Below are positions 35,363 through 44,279 of a stretch of 53,255 nucleotides of DNA, in pieces. Position 1 is the first letter of the stretch; every line of letters starts with the position of its first letter. The notes below the pieces were generated by a model, which ran no database searches, had not been told where the DNA came from, and saw only the letters and a program-made list of their open reading frames with translations. Source of the stretch: a virus (lineage: Duplodnaviria > Caudoviricetes); the IMG/VR virus record IMGVR_UViG_3300044454_000099, positions 1 through 53,255 of that record; one strand, written 5' to 3'. The position numbers were made by a program, and so were the translations under genes.

Positions 35363-35803
35363 TTAATCAATGGTGAACGTAAACGCCGCGGCTGCAAACG
35401 AAGGCGCCGCGTCGCCATCGTTGACCGTTTTGGGAGTGGTCAAAGCCACCCACGCCAAAAGGTTACCGCTCGTGCTCGCATCATAAAGGCCCATGTGAGT
35501 AACGGAACCCCAATTCGCGCCCGAGGGGCTTGGGAAAGTGATCGCGCCGTTGTTACTGGTTTGCCCACCCGTACCGCTCGAAGCTGAGGTAGAGCCCGCC
35601 GATTGCGTGCCGGCGAAGTTCGCAAGTGAGGCCGTTACGCCCACACGCGCGTAAGCGCCGCCGCTAACCTCAGTGCCGCCGCCCGTATCACTCGGCGCGG
35701 CCGTCAGAAGGCCAAAGTAAAGAGTGGCCGGGGGCGAATACGACTGAGCCCTAAAGAGGAAATCGATCAGCTTATTTTCGAGATAGTCAGAAATGCCGGC
35801 CAT
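35363..35803 (-). CDS. Virion fibre/appendage subunit
   Basis: SDYLENKL...TEVSGGAYAR...ITFP...WG.VTH..LYDA.TSGNLL, a widespread phage structural family. Confidence 0.75.
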   Translation of the reverse strand: MAGISDYLENKLIDFLFRAQSYSPPATLYFGLLTAAPSDTGGGTEVSGGAYARVGVTASLANFAGTQSAGSTSASSGTGGQTSNNGAITFPSPSGANWGSVTHMGLYDASTSGNLLAWVALTTPKTVNDGDAAPSFAAAAFTFTID

Positions 35804-35817
35804 TGTGTGCCCCTAAC

Positions 35818-36150
35818 TTAAGCGAGATCAACAACCTTAACGCGAATGTAATCATCGTTAGGCACGGTTTGAACGTCGCCACCGCCGAAGGTGATCACGA
35901 ACTCGCCGAGATAATCGCCGGGCGTATCGAGATCGCCGGCTTGCCACTCATATTCAACGGCGCCGTCGCTACCATCGGTCACGAAAGAGGCCGCGGCATT
36001 CACTTTGTAGATATGTTGAGTGCCATCGGCTCGGCGCATGCGAAACACAACGGTGGCGCCGGTCATGTCGATTTCTACGCCATCGCCATCTTTCAGCACG
36101 GCCGAAAGAACCGGAAGGTTATCATTTTTCTTAATGGTAAAAGTTGCCAT
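35818..36150 (-). CDS. BppU-N-like Ig-fold structural protein
   Basis: IKKND.LP.L...L.D, DMTGATV.F.M and G.V.YEW..GDLDTPG.Y..EF motifs. Confidence 0.7.
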   Translation of the reverse strand: MATFTIKKNDNLPVLSAVLKDGDGVEIDMTGATVVFRMRRADGTQHIYKVNAAASFVTDGSDGAVEYEWQAGDLDTPGDYLGEFVITFGGGDVQTVPNDDYIRVKVVDLA

Positions 36151-36165
36151 GGCTAGATTTTCCTT

Positions 36166-37161
36166 TTAAAGAACGGTTGCAGAAGTTGCCGCTTTGGTAG
36201 TGGCGCTAGTTTTGCTCGCCGCGGCGGTTGCACTTGAAGCCGCGGTTACTGTGGCGCTCGTCACGCTCGCCGCAACCGTGGGGTTAATGGGGTCGTAAAT
36301 CGCGCTCGCGTCAACCACACGCATTGAACCGAACGCCTGAGCTTGCGCGAGCCCGGTAGGATCGACGTAAGCGAGGGGCGGATCGTCAGCGTAGAGATCC
36401 GTGATATCGCCGGCCGCAAGAGCGCGCGAGTAAACGCGCACATCATGCATGTAACCGCCGATCTGGCCGGTCGCTTGCGTAAGATCGGTGCCGATGCAAA
36501 TAGAGCCGAAGTCGGGCGGCACCGTCCAATGCCATGGCTCGTTTTGCTCGGCATTCGTCACAATCAAAACGCCGTTTTTGTAATATTTGACAACGGCCTT
36601 ACCCGCCGAGCCGGCCTCGAGCGTGAAGGCATGGTGAACCCACGTCTCATTAGGTAGGCAAACGTTATTAATCGGGTTCGTGGCCGTGCTCACATCGGCG
36701 CTTGAAGCCGTGGCGCCCGAAGACGTTACCCACGTTGCCGTGATTTGCGGCGTGCCGGTGCGTGAAAACGCGATGCTCATAACGGTAGCGTTCTTCGACG
36801 CGCTAGAGCCCGTGTTATCGCCAGCGATTCTAAAGGGGCGTTCGGTGCCGGTGCTATTACCGCCGTCGCCACTACCGCCCGTTATACGCTTATACCAGAA
36901 AGCAACCGTGAGCGGCCCACCCGCCAAAGCCTGATAGGTCGCGGGAGCGATACCGGTAAGCCTGGCATAATTGTTCGCGGCTGAAGAAGAGCCCGTGAGC
37001 CCCGCGCGGCTAAACTTACGGTAAGAGCCGTTTCGCGAGGGAAACCCACCGCTAGACGTAACCGGCAAGTTGAGCCCGTTCGAGCCCGTATCGTCGATCT
37101 GATTGTCGGCCGCGTCTAAGAGCCGATACTTTGCGAAAAGCCCGGTTGTAATATCGCCCAT
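36166..37161 (-). CDS. LamG/concanavalin-like lectin-domain protein (putative receptor binding)
   Basis: TVAFW, WVHHAFT, YYKNGVL and GYMHDVRVYSRAL...I..LY motifs. Confidence 0.8.
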   Translation of the reverse strand: MGDITTGLFAKYRLLDAADNQIDDTGSNGLNLPVTSSGGFPSRNGSYRKFSRAGLTGSSSAANNYARLTGIAPATYQALAGGPLTVAFWYKRITGGSGDGGNSTGTERPFRIAGDNTGSSASKNATVMSIAFSRTGTPQITATWVTSSGATASSADVSTATNPINNVCLPNETWVHHAFTLEAGSAGKAVVKYYKNGVLIVTNAEQNEPWHWTVPPDFGSICIGTDLTQATGQIGGYMHDVRVYSRALAAGDITDLYADDPPLAYVDPTGLAQAQAFGSMRVVDASAIYDPINPTVAASVTSATVTAASSATAAASKTSATTKAATSATVL

Positions 37162-37165
37162 GGCT

Positions 37166-37576
37166 TTAGCTCAGTTTGAAAATTTTGTTAGCGCCCGAAG
37201 ACCACCTAACGGTAATGTCGCCACCCGAAGGCGTGATCGGCAAGCCCGTACCTGTATCGAGCAACGCCAAAAGCTTAGATGTGCTTTCAACGCCCGTATG
37301 CAGGTAGAGCAACACCGCTTCAACCGAAGCACCCGACACGGCCGTAAAGGTCACATCATCGGCATCAAACACGCCATCGGTAACGGTCTTATTCGCCAGC
37401 GCAACGGCACTCGAAATGCGAGCGCCCCCGGCCACATCATCAAGGTTATCGTCAGCCGCGAGATCGGCGGTATAGGCGCCGGTATCAATCAGAATGGCTC
37501 GAATATCGCCATCTTTGAGATCAAGCGCGTTGTCAAGGATCGCTTGCTTGGCCTTCGTGTAAAGCGCGTTCGCCAT
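37166..37576 (-). CDS. Virion fibre/appendage subunit
   Basis: Start MANALY at 37576; GVFDADDVTF, GLPITP.GGDITV.W and IFKL, a known phage structural family pattern. Confidence 0.75.
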   Translation of the reverse strand: MANALYTKAKQAILDNALDLKDGDIRAILIDTGAYTADLAADDNLDDVAGGARISSAVALANKTVTDGVFDADDVTFTAVSGASVEAVLLYLHTGVESTSKLLALLDTGTGLPITPSGGDITVRWSSGANKIFKLS

Positions 37577-37877
37577 CTTTGGGAACCTCGTTAGGAAGAT
37601 CTCGGGATAAGCTGATCCCGGTATTGGAAAGCGTAGCCTTGATGTCCAAGCGTCGCAAGCCGGCAATCACGAGCGCCGAGGGCAAGTGCGAGGCCGGCCC
37701 GGCAACCTCAACCACCTGAACGCGCTGGCCCCTCGGCCCCACGCACCACAAGCCCCACCGCTCGTTACCCGCGGCTATGTCTTCGGGTTTGGAACGTGTT
37801 TGAAACCCGGCCCCCAAAAAGAACCGGCGCAAGTAGCGTTGAGCGGCCGATTTAGAAAAGTAGGCTTTGGTTGCCAT
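37533..37877 (-). CDS. Hypothetical protein
   Basis: ATG 37877 (MATKAYFSK...); fills the gap. Confidence 0.45.
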   Translation of the reverse strand: MATKAYFSKSAAQRYLRRFFLGAGFQTRSKPEDIAAGNERWGLWCVGPRGQRVQVVEVAGPASHLPSALVIAGLRRLDIKATLSNTGISLSRDLPNEVPKDGERALHEGQASDP

Positions 37878-37921
37878 GCCCGTAGGGGTCGGCCCTTCGA
37901 TGGCGGCGGTTGGTGCGGGTG

Positions 37922-38476
37922 CTATCGCTTGTGGTTGTTCAGGGCCCATTGAACGGTTTCTTTCAATTCTTCGAGTGTGCCGACATTGCCGATCTCGACA
38001 TTTACGTAGGCTTCCATTTCGTCGCTCATTACCTCGGCCTCGCTCGGGTGGCTGTCGGCCGTGAGCCCTTTGCGGTGGATACGCCACACGTACCCGCCAG
38101 CTTCGCGAACGATTCGCGCCTCGTTTACGAAACGAAGATCGGTAATCACGACCGTAGCGCCGAAGTCTTGAAGCTTGCGCGCACGCGCGACGCCAGACTT
38201 AGCCCACACATCGGGATCGCAGTTGCGGCCCCATTCGGTGCCGAGCGTTTGCAGGGCAAAGCGCGCGGTAAGGGGCGTGCCATCGGGGCGCCTGAAGGTC
38301 GCCGAAGGGCGTTCGCGCGCCTCACTCGGGCCGTAAAGCTCTTCGGCGGTAAAGCCGAAAACCTCGCCGCAAAACTTCTTCAGCGGATCGGCGAACCCGA
38401 GACAATAGGCGCCGGGTATCATGTCGGCCACGGTGTTTTTACCCGAGCCCTTGAGGCCCGTAAGCGCGATGATCAT
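37922..38476 (-). CDS. Deoxynucleoside monophosphate kinase
   Basis: G.KGSGK, FADPLK, R.ALQ.LGTEWGR and ITDLRF.NE motifs. Confidence 0.9.
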   Translation of the reverse strand: MIIALTGLKGSGKNTVADMIPGAYCLGFADPLKKFCGEVFGFTAEELYGPSEARERPSATFRRPDGTPLTARFALQTLGTEWGRNCDPDVWAKSGVARARKLQDFGATVVITDLRFVNEARIVREAGGYVWRIHRKGLTADSHPSEAEVMSDEMEAYVNVEIGNVGTLEELKETVQWALNNHKR

Positions 38477-38643
38477 CGGGTGCCCTCTCTAACCCAAAGC
38501 TGCATAAAGTAATCGCACGAGCCGTCAGGTTTCACGGGTTCACTTACGAAAAATGATTGGTAGTGCGATGGCTTGGCCTTGTAGCGGTAGCATGCTTCAC
38601 GCTTCTTACAGCCCTCGCCTTTGCACATACTGATATCAGGCAT
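38473..38643 (-). CDS. Small Cys-rich phage protein
   Basis: MPDISMC.G..C..RE.CYRY...QS.F...CDYF. Confidence 0.65.
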   Translation of the reverse strand: MPDISMCKGEGCKKREACYRYKAKPSHYQSFFVSEPVKPDGSCDYFMQLWVREGTR

Positions 38644-38861
38644 TGCGCCTCGCGAGTATACAGCCGGCAATCAGAAGAGCACCGCCCTGAACGGCCGCGG
38701 CCATGCTATTACCGAAGAAAGGATTAATTACCAGAATGAACCAACCCGGCACGGCGAGCCCCGTTGACCATCGCATTATCAGCACCTACCTATGAAGAAC
38801 CCGAGAAAGAGACACGCCAGCGCGAAAAGCAAGTCACCCCAACGTGTCTCTTCAATCATGG

Positions 38862-39200
38862 CTAGCCCACCCGGTAAGCAATGGCCAACGGCCCGCGGTC
38901 ACCTTGGCGAACCTTTTTCGTTTCAACCTTGCGGTTCTTGCGAAGCCGGTTGACATAGTTCTGAGCCGTAACCTTCGTGACCTTGAGGATCTTTGAAAGC
39001 TCGGCCGTGGTCTTGAAGCCGGCGAGCGCCTTCGTGATTCGCTCGGCGCCGAAGAGCGGCACGCGGCCTCGGGTAGACTCGGCGACCTTGGTAGCCTTGG
39101 CCTTCTTGGTAGTCTTTTTCTTCGCGGTCTTCTTGGGCCCCTTCTTCGCGCCGAGGGGGGTTGCAGTAGTGACGATCTCAACAGGCAATGAAATATCCAT
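38862..39200 (-). CDS. Lys-rich (histone H1-like) wHTH DNA-binding protein
   Basis: KKGPKKTAKKKTTKKAK; TTAELSKILKVTKVTAQNYVNRL; AAGGAG SD. Confidence 0.65.
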   Translation of the reverse strand: MDISLPVEIVTTATPLGAKKGPKKTAKKKTTKKAKATKVAESTRGRVPLFGAERITKALAGFKTTAELSKILKVTKVTAQNYVNRLRKNRKVETKKVRQGDRGPLAIAYRVG

Positions 39201-39202
39201 TT

Positions 39203-39736
39203 TTACGGCTCCTTTGAAAAAATACGTTTTGGCTCGAAGCGATCGACAAACTTAAGCCCTATGCCGATAGCGTCGAAGACATTATGAGCAAGGCTATTTG
39301 CTGTCGGTAAGGTAACGGCCCCCCACTCGATTTTCGACAACCGCGGTTTGATCCACTCTTCGATGAGTCGATCGGCATCGATCGTGCCTTTCCAATCGCG
39401 CGGGTAGTAGGTTTTCACGAGGCGAAAACGGCCAGCCACCGCGCCAGCCACAAGGGCAACCGAAATCAAATCGTTTTGGTCACCCTTCTGTTGCGCGGCC
39501 GGATATACGCGCGGCACTTCGATCACTAGGTGCTTAAGATCGCCCGCGTCACCCGCCGCATAGCATGCCCAATCGTAAACGGCATTAGCCATACACGAGG
39601 CCGCGAACGCATCGCCCCCGGCATTGACGGGGTTACGAACGTATGCGGCGCTCTTGAGCGTGAAGCCCTGTAGTTTGCCCCCCTCAAAAAGGGAAACGCC
39701 ACACCCGCGCACGCCCGGATCTACGGCGAGAATCAC
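39203..39736 (-). CDS. RuvC-like Holliday junction resolvase
   Basis: ILAVDPG, LVIE, P..WK and DAIGIG motifs. Confidence 0.75.
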   Translation of the reverse strand: MILAVDPGVRGCGVSLFEGGKLQGFTLKSAAYVRNPVNAGGDAFAASCMANAVYDWACYAAGDAGDLKHLVIEVPRVYPAAQQKGDQNDLISVALVAGAVAGRFRLVKTYYPRDWKGTIDADRLIEEWIKPRLSKIEWGAVTLPTANSLAHNVFDAIGIGLKFVDRFEPKRIFSKEP

Positions 39737-39900
39737 GAAAGAGGCCCCCGAACGGCCGCGAGTGTGTCTCGCAATTCGTCGCGCTCAACCTTCAGGCGCT
39801 CGATCTCGTCAAATGCCTTATCGAGCAAAGCCCTATACTCATCGCAAACGCGCTTGTAATCGCCAAGCATTCGGAACGCCTCGCTAAGTTGTTCGTTCAT
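39733..39900 (-). CDS. Small coiled-coil protein
   Basis: MNEQLSEAF...EIERLKVERDELR; ATGA/GTGA coupling. Confidence 0.55.
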   Translation of the reverse strand: MNEQLSEAFRMLGDYKRVCDEYRALLDKAFDEIERLKVERDELRDTLAAVRGPLS

Positions 39901-40499
39901 GGGTTCACCCGTGCCAGCGAATTAAAGATGGCGGTAAATTCTCGTTCGGCTTGCGCGGGCTCCCACCCGTTAAGCCACCCGAGGCCGGGCGGTGGCGGGT
40001 GTGGCAAATTCCAATCTTCGGGCTCGGGCTTGCAAAGGTCGCGCTTTTCCGCGGCGAGCATCGCCCAATCCATTTGCTTCACTTCAGGGCAGTAGATCAG
40101 CGGCTCGATCGAAGTAAGGTTGAGCGCTTCGAGCACGGCATGAGTGTGTTGCTTCTCAAGGTCGGCCCACGTCATGTAATCAATAACGCTGGCCGGGACA
40201 TACCCGCCTTTTGCAACATAAACCAGATCCTTCATAGGGCCGGGAATGTCTGGTAAGTAGACTTCGCTAACCTCATGCAGCAAGAACGCCAGCCGGAACG
40301 GCGAGGGCAGTTGCCGCGCGCCCTCAACGCAATGTTGCGCGACCGAATAGAAAGTTTCGCACTGGCCTTGAAACCGGCACTTCAGGCTAAGGGCATGCGC
40401 GATATCGGGAAAGTTCACGCTTTCAGGATCGAGCAACGTAGGTACGATTACCCTACCGCTGAAAGACTGCACCCACCGTTTGTTGATCATAAGTAGCAC
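39897..40499 (-). CDS. HD-superfamily nucleotide hydrolase (YfbR/YfdR-like), HE variant
   Basis: DIAHALS..CRF.G, YSVAQH, LLHEVSEVYL.DI..P.K and D..MLA.E.RDL motifs. Confidence 0.8.
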   Translation of the reverse strand: MLLMINKRWVQSFSGRVIVPTLLDPESVNFPDIAHALSLKCRFQGQCETFYSVAQHCVEGARQLPSPFRLAFLLHEVSEVYLPDIPGPMKDLVYVAKGGYVPASVIDYMTWADLEKQHTHAVLEALNLTSIEPLIYCPEVKQMDWAMLAAEKRDLCKPEPEDWNLPHPPPPGLGWLNGWEPAQAEREFTAIFNSLARVNP

Positions 40500-40596
40500 C
40501 TAGCGAAAGCTACAACCATCGCACCCACCCAAACGCCCAAGACATACCACCCGAGCATTTTAAGCGTAAACGTTACGGCGTTGAACGGCTCGGGCT

Positions 40597-41112
40597 TCAT
40601 GGCGCACTATCCGCTTTCGCCGCGGCGATCTGAATATCGAAGCCGGCCGGGTAACGGGCTCGAAGCTTTTCAAGGTTCGCCTCGGCTATGTCTTCGAGCC
40701 GACACCCGAGCGCCGCGGCGGCGGCGGCGCATGCCCTCAGGCATTCGAGCAAATGATGGCTAACCTTGTCCGCATTCAAAACCTTGCCATGTCCAAACAC
40801 TTTCTTGACGTGTTCGGCAATCGCGGCGGCATTGTAGACAAGGCGATCTTTGATCTGAAAGCGGCCGTTATCGAGCTGAAAGGCCATGAACGTAAAGCCA
40901 AACTCAACTTTCGTGTGATGCGCGACGGCCGCGATATACCACATCAGATCGCCAAGCTCTTCGCGCGCCTCGCTAGGCGCGAAATCGAACGCCCTCAAAA
41001 ACTCGCCTGTTTCGCCGCACAACCCGAGCGCGCACACGGCGAGCTGATTAGGCCCTTGCGAGGCCGTGCGCTTGACCCCTTCGGCATACTCGGCCCACGT
41101 TTGCACGGTCAC
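40597..41112 (-). CDS. MazG-like NTP pyrophosphohydrolase
   Basis: LGLCGETGE, EELGDLMWY and NLEKLRARYP.GF motifs. Confidence 0.85.
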   Translation of the reverse strand: MTVQTWAEYAEGVKRTASQGPNQLAVCALGLCGETGEFLRAFDFAPSEAREELGDLMWYIAAVAHHTKVEFGFTFMAFQLDNGRFQIKDRLVYNAAAIAEHVKKVFGHGKVLNADKVSHHLLECLRACAAAAAALGCRLEDIAEANLEKLRARYPAGFDIQIAAAKADSAP

Positions 41113-41312
41113 TCGCCACCCACTTCGATAACCTCGGCGCCAGCGTGGGCGCGCTCGTCGCGAGCCTTCTTAGCGCGGGCGTATTCATTGATTCGCTTTT
41201 GCTCTTCGGGCGTGGGGCCGCGCCGAGCGATCTTATCGATGGCCTCGCGGTGCATACGCGGGCACGAAATCAGCGGGTGCTTCGAGTAGTGATAAACCAA
41301 ATCATCGTGCAT
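41109..41312 (-). CDS. Hypothetical protein
   Basis: Tiled ORF with GTGA coupling. Confidence 0.5.
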   Translation of the reverse strand: MHDDLVYHYSKHPLISCPRMHREAIDKIARRGPTPEEQKRINEYARAKKARDERAHAGAEVIEVGGE

Positions 41313-41321
41313 AGGTGTTTC

Positions 41322-43484
41322 CTATTTAACGGTGGGGGCCCAAGGGATCAACTTACCGCTTTCGTCGAATACGGCCGTAGCTTTTTTGTACCAATGCAGC
41401 ATAAGCGCCGGCTCGGGCTTCGGGATCTTCACGTCAGGGCATACGGCCTGCAATGACGCCTGCATAATGTCGCACACGCGGTAAGAGCCCTCGTGCGCCG
41501 TTTTAATCGGTATTTCGCCAAAGATTTCATCATGCACGAGGATCAGCGGCCGGAAACCCCAAAGCGGCGAGGCCCTATCGGTGTAAGCCTCGTAACCGAC
41601 ACGCCAAGCGGCCTCTTTCGCCGCATAGGCGCCCAAATGCTGAAAGGTATGGTTAGCCGCATTCGTGAACGAAAGGCCCCCACGCGTATAGCCGGTGCCG
41701 GGCGTGGTAATGACGCCATGGCCTTCTTTGATGCCCGGTATCGAGCCCACCCAATCGAAATACGGTTTGATTTCCGGCCACGCCAGAAACCAATCTTCGC
41801 GAAGCTTGGCCGCGATTTCGAGGCAATCGGGGCATGTGGGTTTATCTAGCACCTTGCCGCGCCATTCCATTACCGCGGGCGCGCACCGCTCGTTTACGCC
41901 CGAGGCGACGCAAAACCGAAGGCCCTCTTTACGTTTTGCCAAAACGAGTTTGGGGGGCCCCATGCCGCCCGGAAAACCGAAATTACCGGCCTTGGCCATG
42001 AACCTAAAGCGGTATTCGGCCGAAGCCTTGTCTTCGCACCGCTTCTTAAACTCGTGTAGGGCCGTATCGCTAGAAATGTCAACGCCCGCCATCTTTGCGC
42101 CGAACTCGGTATGCAGCGCGCCGGGGTCGCCGGTTTCGTTGATTACCTCACGCATGCGGCTAAAGCCCACCGTCCAAAAGGTCGCCTGAGCCAACGTGCA
42201 GAGTTCTAGCGAGGGGTAATCGCACGAAAGGAACGCCCGGCCCGGCCTCGCCTTGATGCATTCGCGCGCATCGGGCGGCACAAGCTGTACGAGCCCCTCA
42301 TAGCTACAACGCCCCGTGGCAATCAGCGGATTCGGGCGATCGTTGATGGCGTGAAGCAACCCACCCTTAAGCCAAGGTAGGTACGTGTCACGCATCTTAT
42401 CGTTTCTGGCAAGCTCGGCCCACTTCACGAGGCGTTCGTTTTCTGAGCCTTCGAGCGTGTCTCGCTCGCATGAAATGCCATCGCCATCGGTAAGGGGCAC
42501 GGTGCTAGCCAGCGCGAGCCCGGTTGAGTCGCACGCCTTACAGTTGACCGGCTTACCGGTCTTCTCACTGGCAACCTTGCCGGTGCCGCCGCACTTCGGG
42601 CATTTCGAGTTCGGATCGGTGCCGAAGGCTAAGGCCACTTCGCGCTTGATCGCCTTCGTGTTCTTCTTGCCCGCGTCTTTGCCCTCGGTCTTTATGAAGC
42701 CGCACGCCTGAAAGTAAGCGGCGCCCTCGGCATACAGCCGGGCTAGCTTGGCCTCGATCTTTTCAATGCGCTCGGCATCGGTGCGGAACCCCCACACACT
42801 GCCAAGGTGCATAACCCATGCGGCGCGGGCGTTGTGGGTTTGATGCGTGTGCGGCAAGAGGGGCGGCGCGGGCGCGAACTGAGCCGAGATCGGCCCGAGG
42901 TTTTGGCATGTCGTGCGCTGCACCTTGGCAACGTCATAGGTGTTCTTCGCATCATCTACCGGGTATTGCTTGGCGCTTTCCGGCCATTGCTCGATCGGGA
43001 GTGCGTCAAGCTCGCCGTATCTCAAACGATACTCATCGTTTTGTTTCGCATCGCGCCGGCCGAGATACAGCCACACGCAATTTTCAAGGCTGAAGCGGTT
43101 GGTTATCGGGCCGGTTTCGCCATGCTTTCGGAGCGGCGCCCCGTTGCGATCCAAAACCATGCCATCAAGCATTCGACCTTCGGCCACGGCGTCAAGCGCC
43201 GCGGCGATCTGCACGTCGAAGACTTCGCCGCGCCGGTATTTCTCGAAAACGAGCCTAAGAAGGCCGGGCTTCTCGGCCGCGATAACCGCCCAGTCGTAAG
43301 CGATATTTGCGCCGGCAATCACACGGCCGGGGGTCAAGAGCCCTTCAATGGTTTCGAGCGCTGAAGGGAACCGCTCTAACCAGCCTTGCGAGCCATCGAA
43401 GTAGCTACCGACAACGCCCTTAGGTGCGAGCGTGCCCGGCTCGATTTTGTAGGTTTCAGTATCGAAAGCGATCAGAGTGGGCAT
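41322..43484 (-). CDS. polA: Family A DNA polymerase with 3'-5' exonuclease
   Basis: ExoI FDTET, ExoII NIAYD, ExoIII YPVDD, TGR, motif A DYPSLEL, motif B R..AKAGNFG, motif C VHDEI. Confidence 0.9.
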   Translation of the reverse strand: MPTLIAFDTETYKIEPGTLAPKGVVGSYFDGSQGWLERFPSALETIEGLLTPGRVIAGANIAYDWAVIAAEKPGLLRLVFEKYRRGEVFDVQIAAALDAVAEGRMLDGMVLDRNGAPLRKHGETGPITNRFSLENCVWLYLGRRDAKQNDEYRLRYGELDALPIEQWPESAKQYPVDDAKNTYDVAKVQRTTCQNLGPISAQFAPAPPLLPHTHQTHNARAAWVMHLGSVWGFRTDAERIEKIEAKLARLYAEGAAYFQACGFIKTEGKDAGKKNTKAIKREVALAFGTDPNSKCPKCGGTGKVASEKTGKPVNCKACDSTGLALASTVPLTDGDGISCERDTLEGSENERLVKWAELARNDKMRDTYLPWLKGGLLHAINDRPNPLIATGRCSYEGLVQLVPPDARECIKARPGRAFLSCDYPSLELCTLAQATFWTVGFSRMREVINETGDPGALHTEFGAKMAGVDISSDTALHEFKKRCEDKASAEYRFRFMAKAGNFGFPGGMGPPKLVLAKRKEGLRFCVASGVNERCAPAVMEWRGKVLDKPTCPDCLEIAAKLREDWFLAWPEIKPYFDWVGSIPGIKEGHGVITTPGTGYTRGGLSFTNAANHTFQHLGAYAAKEAAWRVGYEAYTDRASPLWGFRPLILVHDEIFGEIPIKTAHEGSYRVCDIMQASLQAVCPDVKIPKPEPALMLHWYKKATAVFDESGKLIPWAPTVK

Positions 43485-43490
43485 GCTAAA

Positions 43491-43584
43491 GAGTAACCGC
43501 GGGCGCCGCGCTTTTCGGCCTCGGGCCTAGCGGGCTAACGTGGCGCGTATGCTCATTGCCCGATATTTACGCCCGCGGTTACTC
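43491..43584. repeat. 15-bp perfect inverted repeat immediately upstream of polA
   Basis: GAGTAACCGCGGGCG (43491-43505) pairs with CGCCCGCGGTTACTC (43570-43584). Confidence 0.85.
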
Positions 43585-43706
43585 AAAAACGATCCACGGC
43601 TTCGCACCGTAGCGGGATCTCCCTCTTATTGTGAGGGTTCCTATCGCTTGTCCCTTTAAGCCGGCTTTCAAAGCGCGGCGGGCGGTAACGTGCCCTTACC
43701 CCCTCT

Positions 43707-44279
43707 TTAGACCGCTTGGCCGTTCGCCATCTTCGCGCGAGTCTCGCGCACGGTTTCGATGGTCTGACCGGGCACATGATGCCAGGTAATCGCCGTGAAC
43801 GGCTTGTTCTCGCGCGTCTTAACGCCCGATGTGGTAGCGCGAACGCGCATGCCCACGGCCTCGCTAAGAAGCGTCTTCAAGGCGTTGCCCTTGGCGGTTT
43901 TGTCGGCCTCGGCGATCTGATCCATTGACTTACCTTCGGTCAAAAGAGCCTTCTTCTGATCGTCGCTAAGGCCCGGCATCGTGCCGCCTTCGAGCGCTTC
44001 GGCTACCGCCATGAGGTTAGGCAAGCCGTATTGACCGTCAAGGTCAACCACGTAAGCGCGTTCGGCGCCCTTGACCGGCGCGGTGGCCGTAGCGTCGATT
44101 GCCTTAGCGTCAAGAACGCGGAACTCAAACACGTAGCTAGTGCCCTTAAATCCGCCCTCGATCAGCTTCGCGTGTGAAATCAAAAACTCGGCCTCAATGC
44201 CCGGTTCAATGAACGGCTTACGCCCCGAGCTTGCCGAAGTGGTTGCAGCCTTACCGTAATCGAAACCCATATTTACCAA
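43707..44279 (-). CDS. Putative ssDNA-binding protein
   Basis: Located between helicase and polymerase; OB-fold-like pattern; function inferred from synteny. Confidence 0.45.
   Translation of the reverse strand: MVNMGFDYGKAATTSASSGRKPFIEPGIEAEFLISHAKLIEGGFKGTSYVFEFRVLDAKAIDATATAPVKGAERAYVVDLDGQYGLPNLMAVAEALEGGTMPGLSDDQKKALLTEGKSMDQIAEADKTAKGNALKTLLSEAVGMRVRATTSGVKTRENKPFTAITWHHVPGQTIETVRETRAKMANGQAV

Noticed and set aside
39897-43484. A complete Z-genome (2-aminoadenine) pathway
   Set aside because: No PurA/PurZ-like ORF anywhere in the apparently complete genome.
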